64,000 nucleotides of DNA from an uncultured Alphaproteobacteria bacterium (GTDB taxonomy: Bacteria; Pseudomonadota; Alphaproteobacteria; Rhizobiales; Xanthobacteraceae), in assembly GCA_963784325.1 (NCBI GenBank), contig CAWARC010000042.1, forward strand, positions 26,841 to 90,840, given 5' to 3'. The stretch's first letter is position 1, and the number at the start of each line of letters is the position of its first letter. The notes below the pieces were generated by a model. The model saw nothing but the letters and a program-made list of their open reading frames with translations. It did no database searches and was not told the DNA's origin. The position numbers and the translations under genes are program-made. Positions 8,363-17,735 of the stretch are shown here, one piece after another.

Positions 8363-9574
8363 GTGAGCATTGCCGAATTGCGGCCGGCCTCCGCGCCGGG
8401 AAACATTCCGAGCGCCGAAGAACTCGTGGCGCGGGCCCGCGCGCTGGCGCCGAAATTGCGCGAACGTGCCGTGCGCGCCGAGCGCGACCGCAATATCCCG
8501 CAGGATTCGGTCGACGAATTTATCGAAGCCGGGCTTATTCACACGCTGCAGCCTAAACGCTGGGGCGGTTACGAGCACGACCACGAAGTGGCGTTTGATA
8601 TCGCGGTCGAGCTCGGCAAATCCACCTGCGGCTCATCGGCGTGGTGCCTGAATTATCTTGCCGACCACGCCTGTATGCTGGCGCTGTTCCCTGAAGAAGC
8701 CCAGCACGATGTCTGGAGCCGCAACAACGCCGCCTGCATCGCCACCTCGGCGGCGCCGACCGGGAAAGTCGCGCCGGCGGCCGGCGGCTACCGCCTCGAC
8801 GGCCGCTGGTCGTGGTGCTCGGGCCTGCGCCATTCGCAGTGGATCATGATCGGCGGACTGGTGCAGCGTCCGGGTGAGGATCATCCCGACATGCGGCTCT
8901 ATCTCGTGCCGGTCTCGGAGCTGAAACAGGACGATACTTGGTACTGCGCGGGGCTCCGCGCCAGCGGCTCCAACACGGCCGTGCTCGACAATGTGTTCGT
9001 GCCCGAGCATCGCAGCGTTTCCTTCTCGGTGCTGCGCGAAGGTTGCTCGCCGGGATCGAAAGTCAACACCAATCCTATGTACCGCGCGCCCTTCATCGCG
9101 CTGCACAGCTATGCGCTGCTCGGACCCGTGCTCGGCGTCGCTCGCGGCGGCTACACCGAATTCGTGCAGTGGACGCGACAGCGCTATCTGACCTACACGC
9201 AGCTTGCCATCGCCCAGCACGTGCCGGTGCAGATCCGCGTCGCCGAGATCGCCGCGCCGATCGACGCTGCAGAGCTATTGGCGCGGCGCGCCTTCGCCAT
9301 GGCGCGGGCCGATTACGCCGGCATGCCGCTTGCGACCCGCACGCTGCTGCGTCGCGATTTTACTTACGCGCTACGCGTATTGCGCGAAGCGCTGGACGAT
9401 CTGGTCAAGATCTCCGGCTCCAGCGGACTGATGGACGACAATCCGGTGCAGCGCTGCTGGCGCGACGCCCACGCCATTTCCTCCCACGTGGTGATGAACT
9501 GGGACGTGCCGGCGGAAAACTTCGGGCGCACCGAATTCGGGCTGCCGCTCAACCCGGCCTATCCGATGTTCTGA
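8363..9574 (+). CDS. Acyl-CoA dehydrogenase-fold flavin-dependent monooxygenase, oxygenase component (group D, HpaH/HsaA/DszC-like)
   Basis: GGAGGA at 8351-8356, GTG at 8363. 403 aa: ...LVARARALAPKLRERAVRAERDRNIPQDSVDEFIEAGLIHTLQPKRWGGYE...GGYRLDGRWSWCSG... matches the pattern of two-component phenol/steroid hydroxylases. Confidence 0.7.
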   Translation: MSIAELRPASAPGNIPSAEELVARARALAPKLRERAVRAERDRNIPQDSVDEFIEAGLIHTLQPKRWGGYEHDHEVAFDIAVELGKSTCGSSAWCLNYLADHACMLALFPEEAQHDVWSRNNAACIATSAAPTGKVAPAAGGYRLDGRWSWCSGLRHSQWIMIGGLVQRPGEDHPDMRLYLVPVSELKQDDTWYCAGLRASGSNTAVLDNVFVPEHRSVSFSVLREGCSPGSKVNTNPMYRAPFIALHSYALLGPVLGVARGGYTEFVQWTRQRYLTYTQLAIAQHVPVQIRVAEIAAPIDAAELLARRAFAMARADYAGMPLATRTLLRRDFTYALRVLREALDDLVKISGSSGLMDDNPVQRCWRDAHAISSHVVMNWDVPAENFGRTEFGLPLNPAYPMF

Positions 9575-9590
9575 TCGGCAGAACGCGGCC

Positions 9591-10625
9591 GTGAAGATTC
9601 ATTACATCACAGCAGCCTATCAAAGCCATCGTCGCGCCGGATTGGATTACATCGGCGCCCTGAAGGCACAGGGCGCGCATCTGGTCGAGGATCTCGCCGA
9701 GGCCGATGTCGTCATCATTCATGATGAGCCGGCGGCATTGCCGTATTATTATCAGAACTGGCCGATCCTGCAGCAGCGCTATGTGATTGCTTATGCCGTA
9801 TGCGAGACAAGCGTCATGGCGCCGGAGCGGCTTCGAGCGCTTGGCTATGTCAATGAGATCTGGACCTGTTCGGCATATTGCCGAACCGCGCTGGCCGCCG
9901 CGCAGCGGCCGGTCACAGTGATTCCGCATATTGTCTCGCCGATCGAAGCCGATGACGCGGCCGCGGCGCGGCTGCGGTTGCGGCTTGGTCTGTCCGCGGA
10001 CGCCTATATTTTCTATACGATCGCCCAATTTGAAGAGCGCAAGAATATCGAGGCCGGCATCCGCGCCTTCGCCAGGGTCGCTGCCCCGGATGTTCGCTAC
10101 ATCGTGAAATCGACTTTGCCTCTGTCGGACGAGATGCGCTCCGTCGCCGGTGTCATCAACCCGATGGATCATTTCAGCGATCATGACATCGCCGCGCTGC
10201 ACCGCATCGGGCATTGCTATGTGAGCCCGCATTGCGGCGAAGGCTGGGGACTTTGCATGTCGGACGCCATGGCGCTGGGGAATCTGGTCATAGCGACCGG
10301 CTACAGCGGCAATATGGATTACATGGACGCCGAGAGCGCGTTGCTGGCCCCCTACAGTCTTGAGTCGATCCGGCTGCCGGAGAGCCGGGAGCGCCTTGGC
10401 TTTGATCCGTCCACGGCGGCGCCGCAATGGGCCTATGTGGACGAAGGCGAACTTGGCAAGCTGATGTTGCGCGCGCGATGGTTTTGGGACGAGCTCGCGC
10501 CGATGCGCAAGGAGGCCAAGCGCCGCGCGGCGGAATATTCCCCCGCTCGTATCGGCGACATGATGATGCGCCGGCTCAACGCCATCGGCGCCAGCCTAAG
10601 GCCGCCGGCGGCAATGCCCGGGTAG
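9591..10625 (+). CDS. Glycosyltransferase (GT4/group 1-like)
   Basis: 344 aa; GTG start with weak RBS. C-terminal ...HRIGHCYVSPHCGEGWGLCMSDAMALGNLVIATGYSGNMDYM resembles the GT-B nucleotide-sugar binding region (E-x7-E-like). Confidence 0.5.
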   Translation: MKIHYITAAYQSHRRAGLDYIGALKAQGAHLVEDLAEADVVIIHDEPAALPYYYQNWPILQQRYVIAYAVCETSVMAPERLRALGYVNEIWTCSAYCRTALAAAQRPVTVIPHIVSPIEADDAAAARLRLRLGLSADAYIFYTIAQFEERKNIEAGIRAFARVAAPDVRYIVKSTLPLSDEMRSVAGVINPMDHFSDHDIAALHRIGHCYVSPHCGEGWGLCMSDAMALGNLVIATGYSGNMDYMDAESALLAPYSLESIRLPESRERLGFDPSTAAPQWAYVDEGELGKLMLRARWFWDELAPMRKEAKRRAAEYSPARIGDMMMRRLNAIGASLRPPAAMPG

Positions 10626-10645
10626 CAACTCGTGTGCAGGGGCGG

Positions 10646-11473
10646 TTAATTCCAGCGCCAGACGCCATAAGCGTGGCCGTTCTGCATCTGCGGCGCGACG
10701 TATGTGGGCTTGCGGTCGCCGATGGCGCCGAGCATGGCGATCCAATTGAGCAATTCGCCGCCGACATTGCCGGCTTTGAGCATCTGATGCTCCGTCGCTT
10801 CGGCGATCAGCCGGTCGATCTTCTGCTCCTCGAGCGACTTGATCACGCGCATCGCCCAGTCCGGGTCGGGCACACCGTCGGAGCGGCCCGGTGCCATGCG
10901 CGGTCCGCCGACTTCGAGCGAGAAGCTGCCCGAGCCCATGACCACCACACGGAGCGGATCGGGCCATGCTTCGATGGCCCTCGCCACCGCCTTGCCGAGG
11001 TCGTGGCAGCGCCGCGCCGACGGCAGCGGCGGCAGATGGCCGCTGACGAAGAACGGGATGACCGGGACCTGCATGTCGGGTGTGAGGAAATGCAGCGGCA
11101 CGGTAATCGAATGGTCGACCGAGAAATTCTGCGTCATGCCGACGTCATAGCCGGCGCCGATGGCGGCGGCGCGGATATGCGCGGCGAGAGCGGGCAGGGA
11201 CTTTACCGTGTAGTTCGGCACATCGCGCGGCTCGTCGTTCGGCGCCTTGAAACCCTTGTCGATGCCGACCGCGAAGATCGGCAGATCGTTGAGGAAGAAC
11301 GTGTTGAGATGGTCGGTGTCGAACATCACGATGAGATCGGGCCGCGTCGCGGCAAGTTGCTCCTTCTGCGCGCCGAATAATTTGGCGATTTCGCAATCGG
11401 GTCCGTCGCGTTTGACGAAATGCGGAAATATCGGCGTGTGCGGCACGCCGAACCCGGCAACGATCTGCGCCAT
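10646..11473 (-). CDS. Class III extradiol ring-cleavage dioxygenase, catalytic beta subunit (LigB family)
   Basis: 275 aa: MAQIVAGFGVPHTPIFP...MFDTDHLNTFF...FSVDHSITVPLHFL, with conserved LigB His motifs. Confidence 0.8.
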   Translation of the reverse strand: MAQIVAGFGVPHTPIFPHFVKRDGPDCEIAKLFGAQKEQLAATRPDLIVMFDTDHLNTFFLNDLPIFAVGIDKGFKAPNDEPRDVPNYTVKSLPALAAHIRAAAIGAGYDVGMTQNFSVDHSITVPLHFLTPDMQVPVIPFFVSGHLPPLPSARRCHDLGKAVARAIEAWPDPLRVVVMGSGSFSLEVGGPRMAPGRSDGVPDPDWAMRVIKSLEEQKIDRLIAEATEHQMLKAGNVGGELLNWIAMLGAIGDRKPTYVAPQMQNGHAYGVWRWN

Positions 11474-11502
11474 CTCTGTCCTCCCGTTAGCCGCTGCCGG
11501 CG

Positions 11503-11790
11503 TTACGCCACCGGCTGGCCGATCTCGTCGACTTTCACCGCGCGCATGCGTTCATTGTAGGTTTGCACGTTCAGCCCGCAGACCTCGAAGCGGGCCAGAT
11601 AGCCCATCAGAAAGCCGTTGACGCCCATCCGAAACAGCGTGCCGACGTCGCCGGCGATCAACGCACGCCGCTCGTCGTCGGTCAGATCGAGCGGCGCCAA
11701 TGCCTTGGCCGGGTCGGCTTTCATGGCGGCCCGGAAGGCATGATCGCGCAAAACCTCGCGGCACAGATAGTTCACGGCGAAGATCGACAT
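11503..11790 (-). CDS. Extradiol dioxygenase small alpha subunit (LigA family)
   Basis: ORF 11503..11916 trimmed to ATG 11790 (GGGAG upstream): MSIFAVNYLCREVLRDHAFRAAMKADPAKALAPLDLTDDERRALIAGDVGTLF... It sits directly upstream of the LigB-like gene. Confidence 0.7.
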   Translation of the reverse strand: MSIFAVNYLCREVLRDHAFRAAMKADPAKALAPLDLTDDERRALIAGDVGTLFRMGVNGFLMGYLARFEVCGLNVQTYNERMRAVKVDEIGQPVA

Positions 11791-11906
11791 GCCCGGCTCC
11801 CATTTCCGCTGACAATATTTCTTGCACGACCGGGCGGCGATTGCCACTGCGGCCTCGCCGTGGCTAAGCTTGCAGCCCTGTTCGGGAGGAATGCCGGAGG
11901 AGTGCC

Positions 11907-13040
11907 ATGGATGCAATTGTGAGCGCGCGGCAAGACCGCCGCCTGACTAACCCGGTCTTCAACGACCGCAAGCTCAAGCTCGGCACCTTTGGCACCAACC
12001 TAGACCGCGGCTGCGCGATCTCGACGATCGACGGGGTGCTTGAGATCAATTGGCCGAACACGCTGGAATTGGCCAAGACGTCCGAAGCCATGGAATTCGA
12101 GGCTCTCGTCCCGATCGGGCGCTGGCACGGTTTTGGCGGGGTGACGAATTTCAATGGGCCAGGCTTCGAGTGCTTTTCCTGGGCCGCGGCCATCGGCGCC
12201 TCGACGCATTATTCCGGCATCTTCGCCACCTCGCATGTGCCGACCATTCACCCGGTGATGGCGGCGAAGCAGGCCACAACCATCGATCACGTCACCGGCG
12301 GCCGCTTCGCGCTTAACATCGTGACCGGCTGGAACCGGCCGGAGATCGAAATGTTCGGCTCGCCGCTGATGGAGCATAACGACCGCTACGATTGCGCCGC
12401 CGAATGGCTGCATATCATGAAACAACTGTGGACCCGCGACGAGCCGTTCGATTTCGAAGGCCGCTTCTACAATATCAAGAAGGGTTATGTGGAGCCGAAG
12501 CCGATCCAGCGGCCGTTTCCCGCGGTGATGAACGCCGGCGGTTCCGAGAAGGGCCAGCATTTCGCCGCCAAGCATTGCGACATGGTCTATGTGGTGTTCG
12601 GCTCGCATGACTTTGACGACTGCAAGGCCAAGGTCAATTCCTACCGCGAGCTGGCGCGCAAGGAATATGGCCGCGAAATTCAGGTCTGGAGCTACGCTTA
12701 TGTGGTGCAGGGCGAGACCGAGACGGAGGCCAAGGACTATTTCCGGAACTACGTTCAGGAGAAGGGTGACTGGGAGGCGGTCAGCAACCTGGTCGACACC
12801 ATGATCGCCAATGCCAAGACCTTGCCGCCGCACGTGCTCGCCGAAATGAAGAAGCATTTCATCGCGGGCTGGGGCGGCTATCCGCTGATCGGCACGCCGG
12901 AGCAGATCGTCGATGGTCTCGTGCGGATGTCGAAAATGGGTCTCGACGGCACGCTCTTGAACTGGCCGCGCTACATCGAAGACCAGCATTGGTTCAAGGA
13001 TCGCGTCTATCCGCTGTTGCAACAGACCGGATTGCGGTGA
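11907..13040 (+). CDS. LLM-class (luciferase-like) flavin-dependent monooxygenase
   Basis: 377 aa: ...KLKLGTFGTNLDRGCAIS...IDHVTGGRFALNIVTGWNRPEIEMFG...FPAVMNAGGSEKGQHFAAKHCD. Confidence 0.8.
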   Translation: MDAIVSARQDRRLTNPVFNDRKLKLGTFGTNLDRGCAISTIDGVLEINWPNTLELAKTSEAMEFEALVPIGRWHGFGGVTNFNGPGFECFSWAAAIGASTHYSGIFATSHVPTIHPVMAAKQATTIDHVTGGRFALNIVTGWNRPEIEMFGSPLMEHNDRYDCAAEWLHIMKQLWTRDEPFDFEGRFYNIKKGYVEPKPIQRPFPAVMNAGGSEKGQHFAAKHCDMVYVVFGSHDFDDCKAKVNSYRELARKEYGREIQVWSYAYVVQGETETEAKDYFRNYVQEKGDWEAVSNLVDTMIANAKTLPPHVLAEMKKHFIAGWGGYPLIGTPEQIVDGLVRMSKMGLDGTLLNWPRYIEDQHWFKDRVYPLLQQTGLR

Positions 13041-13045
13041 GCGTA

Positions 13046-14230
13046 TCAGAAATACCGTCCGGTTGGCTCCGGACCGAGGCCAAGCTGCATGCGGCCGTAA
13101 TGCGCAAAATTGGTTTCGACGTTGAGGCTGATGTGCATTGACATGAAGTGGATATCGCGCCACGCCCGCTGCAACGGATGCGATGAGGCGAACCCGGCCG
13201 TGCCGCTCAAGGCGACCAGCGTGTCGATCGCGCCAATCATTAATTCGGATACGCGGGCGTAATCCCGCACCGATCGCGCCAAAAGGTGCGGCGAAAAGGC
13301 CTCCGGCGCCTCGGTCACATGCACGGCGCGTTGCAATAACAGCTCGGCCGCGTCGATATCAGCTGCAACGCGCGCCATCCGCACTTGAACCGAGGTTTTT
13401 TCAGCAAGCGGCGTGCCGTCCTGCGTTTTCCGTGTTTTGGTCCATTCGCGGAACATGTCATAGGCGCCCTGGGCCGCTCCCAGCATTGGTGGAGCGAATG
13501 AAATCGGCGCGTAATAGAAAAACGGCGTGCGATAGATGGTTTCGTTGTAGACGGCGCCGCCCGGAGTCTTGCCATCGCGCAAGGCGGTCAGCGACAACAC
13601 GCGGCTTTCCGGTACAAAAACGTTGTCGACGACAATGGTCTTGCTGCCGGTACCACGCATGCCGGCGGTGAACCAGGTGTCGCGGATGGTGCATTCGCCG
13701 GCGGGGACCAGAAAGAATTTCCATTCCGGAGCGGGCGCGTCTTGCGTCATGCCGCCGAGCATGACCCAGGAGCAGTGATCGACGCCGCTGGCAAAGGGCG
13801 AACCGGCGCTCGAGAGTCGGTAGCCGCCGTCGGTCGCGACGGCCTTCGCGCTTGGCGCGAATGACGCCGCAATCGGCACATCGAGATTGTCCGCCCAGAC
13901 CGCTTTTTGGCCGGCTTGCGGGTACTGCGCGATCAGGTGGGCATGATGAATGATCAGGCCGGCGCACCAGCCGTGCGATGCATCGGCCTTGCTGAGCTCC
14001 CGCGTCACCTCGTACCAGGTGCCGAAATCGAGGCCGTAACCGCCGATCTCTCGGGGCAGCAGGATGCGGGCGAAACCGGCATCGAGCATGTCCTTCGCGG
14101 ATGCTTCGGGAAGCCGGCGCGCCTCTTCCGCCGCTGCGGCGCGTTCGGTGAACCGCGGCGCCAGCGCGCGGGCCCGTTCGACCATCTCGTGCGCGGTGAC
14201 ATTTTGGTCGCGCGGCGGGGAGGGCGGCAT
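13046..14230 (-). CDS. Second acyl-CoA dehydrogenase-fold flavin monooxygenase, oxygenase component
   Basis: 394 aa; AGGAG upstream overlaps the stop of the preceding permease gene. ...MVERARALAPRFTERAAAAEEARRLPEASAKDMLDAGFARILLPREIGGYG...GGYRLSSAGSPFASG. Paralogous in pattern to 8363..9574. Confidence 0.7.
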   Translation of the reverse strand: MPPSPPRDQNVTAHEMVERARALAPRFTERAAAAEEARRLPEASAKDMLDAGFARILLPREIGGYGLDFGTWYEVTRELSKADASHGWCAGLIIHHAHLIAQYPQAGQKAVWADNLDVPIAASFAPSAKAVATDGGYRLSSAGSPFASGVDHCSWVMLGGMTQDAPAPEWKFFLVPAGECTIRDTWFTAGMRGTGSKTIVVDNVFVPESRVLSLTALRDGKTPGGAVYNETIYRTPFFYYAPISFAPPMLGAAQGAYDMFREWTKTRKTQDGTPLAEKTSVQVRMARVAADIDAAELLLQRAVHVTEAPEAFSPHLLARSVRDYARVSELMIGAIDTLVALSGTAGFASSHPLQRAWRDIHFMSMHISLNVETNFAHYGRMQLGLGPEPTGRYF

Positions 14231-14239
14231 ACTGTGCTC

Positions 14240-15292
14240 CTATCGCTTGGACGGCTCGTCGGACGGCTCAAGTTTGAGCCGCCGGCCGACCGGAAACAGT
14301 TGCAAGTCATAGCGGTGGATGACCCAGCCCCATATCCCCATCGGCGCTTTCAGCATAATGACGATGGCGAGAACGCCCAGGAGGATCAAATAATAGGTGC
14401 CATAATCCGCCAACAGCTCGCGCAGGGCGATATAGACCAGCATGCCGATGAACGGTCCTTCCAATGTGCCGATGCCGCCGATCACGACCATGAAAATGAC
14501 CACGACGGTCCAGTCATTGACGGAAAAGCCCGCCTCCGGCGAGATCCGCAGCTTCTGCAGGAAAATCAGGCCGCCGATAAGGCCGGTACAGGCGGCGGTC
14601 GCGACGTAGATAATGAATTTCGTGCGGAACGTATTGACGCCGAGGCTCGCGGAAGCCGGTTCCGAATCGCGTATTGCCGTCAACGCCAAGCCGTGCCGCG
14701 AGCGTAACAGCAAATAAACGATCGTGAACACCAACAGCGACACGGCGAGCGTCATCAAATACAGCATCGTGTCGCGCACATCGCGGTCGGGGGAGATTTC
14801 ACGCAGGATCGAAACGGTCAGCGACAGTCCGGAGCCCGCGCCAAGCACCAGAAAGAGGCTGGCGAAGAGGGAAAAGACCTCGGAGACGACCCAAGTGCCG
14901 ATGGCGAAATAGGCGCCGCGCAGGCGAAACACCGCGAATGAAACAGGGATCGACATCAGCCCCGCGAACGGACCGGCGAGGAGCAAAGCGAGGTAGACAT
15001 TCACATTCCAGACGCCGGTCAGATAGAACAACATGTAGCCGCCGAGCCCGACGTAGGCCTGTTGCCCGACGGACACCAAGCCGGCATAGCCGGCGAGCAA
15101 ATTCCACAGCTGCGCCAGCGCCACGTAGTAGGCCATCTCGGCGATAAGCCGCATCCAGCCAGCGTCACCCCACCAAGGTAGTGAGATCAGCGCAGCCAGT
15201 ACGACCGCCGCCAAAACCGCGAAGACGCGGCTCGCCTTGGTCGCACGCTCGACGCGGACCGGCTCCAATTCGGCGGTCGCATCACCAGCCAT
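14240..15292 (-). CDS. Branched-chain-amino-acid-type ABC transporter permease (LivM-like)
   Basis: 350 aa polytopic membrane protein: ...LAQLWNLLAGYAGLVSVGQQAYVGLGGY... In an operon with LivH/LivF/LivG-like genes. Confidence 0.8.
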   Translation of the reverse strand: MAGDATAELEPVRVERATKASRVFAVLAAVVLAALISLPWWGDAGWMRLIAEMAYYVALAQLWNLLAGYAGLVSVGQQAYVGLGGYMLFYLTGVWNVNVYLALLLAGPFAGLMSIPVSFAVFRLRGAYFAIGTWVVSEVFSLFASLFLVLGAGSGLSLTVSILREISPDRDVRDTMLYLMTLAVSLLVFTIVYLLLRSRHGLALTAIRDSEPASASLGVNTFRTKFIIYVATAACTGLIGGLIFLQKLRISPEAGFSVNDWTVVVIFMVVIGGIGTLEGPFIGMLVYIALRELLADYGTYYLILLGVLAIVIMLKAPMGIWGWVIHRYDLQLFPVGRRLKLEPSDEPSKR

Positions 15293-15293
15293 A

Positions 15294-16160
15294 TCAATCC
15301 CTCGTCCGCGGAAACAGCCCGTTCGGGCGGAGGATCAGAATGGCCAGAAACGCCAGGTGCCCGGCGAGTATTTGCCACGTCGGATCGAGCGCGGCGCCGA
15401 CGGATTGGGCGATGCCCAGCACCATGCCGCCGACCAGCGTGCCCCACATGCTGCCCAGCCCCCCAATGATCACGGCCTCGAAGGCGAGAATAAGCCGGAT
15501 CGGCCCCGCGGCAGGATCGAAAATAGTGCGAATGCCGAACAGCACGCCGGCGATCGCGGTGAAAATCATGGCGATGCCGAGCGCCAGCGCGTAGAGCTTG
15601 CGATTGTCGATGCCCATCAGTTCGGCGGTGTTGGCATCGTCGGAGACCGCGCGAAAGGCGCGGCCGAGGCCAGTGCGGTAGAACAGGAACTGCAGGCTGG
15701 CGATGGAAAGGACCGCAACCGCGAAAACCAGGAGCGGGTAGACGCCGACATCGATACCGCCCGGCAAGTGCAGGCTCGCGGTTTCGATGGCGCCTTCCTG
15801 GAGCCGGTGGTCGTAGGCGCCAAAACCTTGCAACAGCCCATTTTGAATGATGATCGATATGCCGAAGGTGACGAGCAGCGGCGGCAATAGCCCACCGCTG
15901 AGTGTCTGATTCAACAGACCGAGCTGCAGCGCGTAGCCGAGCGCAAACATCACCGGAACGACGATCGCCAGGCTGGAGAATGGATCGAGGCCGGTATTCT
16001 GCGTGACGACCAACGCGACGTAGCCCGACAGCACGATAAAATCGCCGTGGGCGATGTTGACGAGTCGCATGATGCCGAACGACATCGACAGGCCGATGGC
16101 GAACAGCGCGTAGATGCCACCGAGCAAGCTACCCTGAATAAAGATGTTGAGCCATTGCAT
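15294..16160 (-). CDS. Branched-chain-amino-acid-type ABC transporter permease (LivH-like)
   Basis: 288 aa: MQWLNIFIQGSLLGGIYALFAIGLSMSFGIMRLVNIAHGDF... Confidence 0.85.
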   Translation of the reverse strand: MQWLNIFIQGSLLGGIYALFAIGLSMSFGIMRLVNIAHGDFIVLSGYVALVVTQNTGLDPFSSLAIVVPVMFALGYALQLGLLNQTLSGGLLPPLLVTFGISIIIQNGLLQGFGAYDHRLQEGAIETASLHLPGGIDVGVYPLLVFAVAVLSIASLQFLFYRTGLGRAFRAVSDDANTAELMGIDNRKLYALALGIAMIFTAIAGVLFGIRTIFDPAAGPIRLILAFEAVIIGGLGSMWGTLVGGMVLGIAQSVGAALDPTWQILAGHLAFLAILILRPNGLFPRTRD

Positions 16161-16173
16161 CGCGGTGGCTGCC

Positions 16174-16872
16174 CTACATCCCGAAATAGGCCGCGGTCAG
16201 CGCCGCGCGGTCGAAATTCTTGGTCGGCGCGCTTAACGCCAGGCGGCCTTCCTGAAGGCAGTAGAAGCGCGTCGAGGCGTCGAGCGCCCGATTAATATCC
16301 TGTTCGACCAGCACGACCGTGGTGCCCTCGGCCGTGATGACGCCGAGACACTGGTAGATGTCGCGGATGACCACCGGCGCCAATCCCAACGACAGCTCGT
16401 CGCAGAGCAGCAGCCGGGGATTGGACATCAAGGCGCGGCCCACCGCGGCCATTTGCTGTTGCCCGCCCGACAGGGACGTCGCTGGCAGGCGGCGTAATTC
16501 ACGCAACCGCGGAAACAGCTCATAGACGCGCGTCAGGTTCCAGGGGCCGGCGCGGTTGCTGTGAGTGCCAAGCAACAGGTTTTCCTCTACCGATAGACTG
16601 GGGAACAGCCGCCGACCTTCCGGCACCATGGCGATGCCGAGCCGCACGATTTCGTGCGGGGTCCTGTGCCCGATCGGTTCGCCGTCGAACAGCACCGTGT
16701 CCGGCGCGGTCGCCAGCGCGCCGGCAATCGCGCGCAACAGCGTGGTCTTGCCGGCGCCATTGGCGCCGATGATAGCCACGGTCTCGCCTTGCTCGACGGT
16801 CACGTCGATTCCAAACAGCGCTTGGAAGTCGCCGTAGAACGCCGACAAATTCTGCGTGCGCAACAGCGTCAT
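16174..16872 (-). CDS. ABC transporter ATP-binding protein (LivF-like)
   Basis: 232 aa. Walker A GANGAGKTT, signature LSGGQQQM, Walker B LLLCDE. Confidence 0.85.
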   Translation of the reverse strand: MTLLRTQNLSAFYGDFQALFGIDVTVEQGETVAIIGANGAGKTTLLRAIAGALATAPDTVLFDGEPIGHRTPHEIVRLGIAMVPEGRRLFPSLSVEENLLLGTHSNRAGPWNLTRVYELFPRLRELRRLPATSLSGGQQQMAAVGRALMSNPRLLLCDELSLGLAPVVIRDIYQCLGVITAEGTTVVLVEQDINRALDASTRFYCLQEGRLALSAPTKNFDRAALTAAYFGM

Positions 16873-17594
16873 GATACCGGTATGCCCATGTAGACTTCAC
16901 GCACGCGCGGATCCCCCATCACTTGATGCGGATCGCCCTCCGCCAGTATCTGGCCGAAATCCATCACGATCAGCCGGCTCGCCACCGAGACCAAAGCATG
17001 CACGATGTGCTCGATCCAGACGATGGTAGTACCGCGACCGTGGATTTCCTTGATCGTCTTTACCAACTCGCCGCACTCGTACTCGGTCAGCCCGCCGGCG
17101 ATTTCATCGAGCAGCAGCAATTTGGGTTGCATGGCAAGCGCTCGCGCCATCTCCAGCCGCTTCCGCTGCAACAGCGTGAGCGTTCGCGCCGGCATGTTGG
17201 CCTTGTCATAAAGTCCGGTGACTTTAAGCACTTCGCTGCAACGTTTGTAGCTTTCCCGTTCTCCGGCGCCGCCGCCGAAAATCGCGCCGACCAGAAGATT
17301 CTCGAATACGCTCATGTTCGCGAACGGATGCGGAATTTGATACGAGCGGCCGATACCCAAGCGCGAGCGGGCGTGCGGCGGCAGTCCCGTCACGTCCGAT
17401 CCACCGAACTCGATACGTCCCTTGGTCGGCACGGCATCGCCGGTGATCAAATTGAACAGGGTAGTTTTGCCGGCCCCATTGGGCCCGATCACAGCCAGTG
17501 CTTCGCCGTCGGCGACGTCCACATTGACGCCGTCGACGGCTTTGAGCGCGCCGTAATGCTTGGACACCGCCTGAAGCTGGAGAAGGGCTGCCAT
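16869..17594 (-). CDS. ABC transporter ATP-binding protein (LivG-like)
   Basis: 241 aa. Walker A GPNGAGKTT, LLLLDE. 4-nt overlap with the downstream ATPase gene. Confidence 0.85.
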   Translation of the reverse strand: MAALLQLQAVSKHYGALKAVDGVNVDVADGEALAVIGPNGAGKTTLFNLITGDAVPTKGRIEFGGSDVTGLPPHARSRLGIGRSYQIPHPFANMSVFENLLVGAIFGGGAGERESYKRCSEVLKVTGLYDKANMPARTLTLLQRKRLEMARALAMQPKLLLLDEIAGGLTEYECGELVKTIKEIHGRGTTIVWIEHIVHALVSVASRLIVMDFGQILAEGDPHQVMGDPRVREVYMGIPVS

Positions 17595-17735
17595 GAATGA
17601 CTTTTGGTTGCGGCCGCCGCAGTTCGCTGCGGCGGCCGTTCTTCGTTTTTGCTGCAGACTTTATTCCCCGCCCTTGACTCCCGTCAGGAATACGAAATTG
17701 CAGAAAATGGCCGGTCAACCGGGATTTGCGGTGCG

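Noticed and set aside
7971-8366. 131-aa ORF upstream of the monooxygenase gene (KFPVLKISFPVIASEFPVLV...).
   Set aside because: Its odd repetitive peptide derives from the TTCCCTG motif array. It runs into the RBS and GTG of the next gene and has no start context. I treat it as non-coding regulatory DNA.
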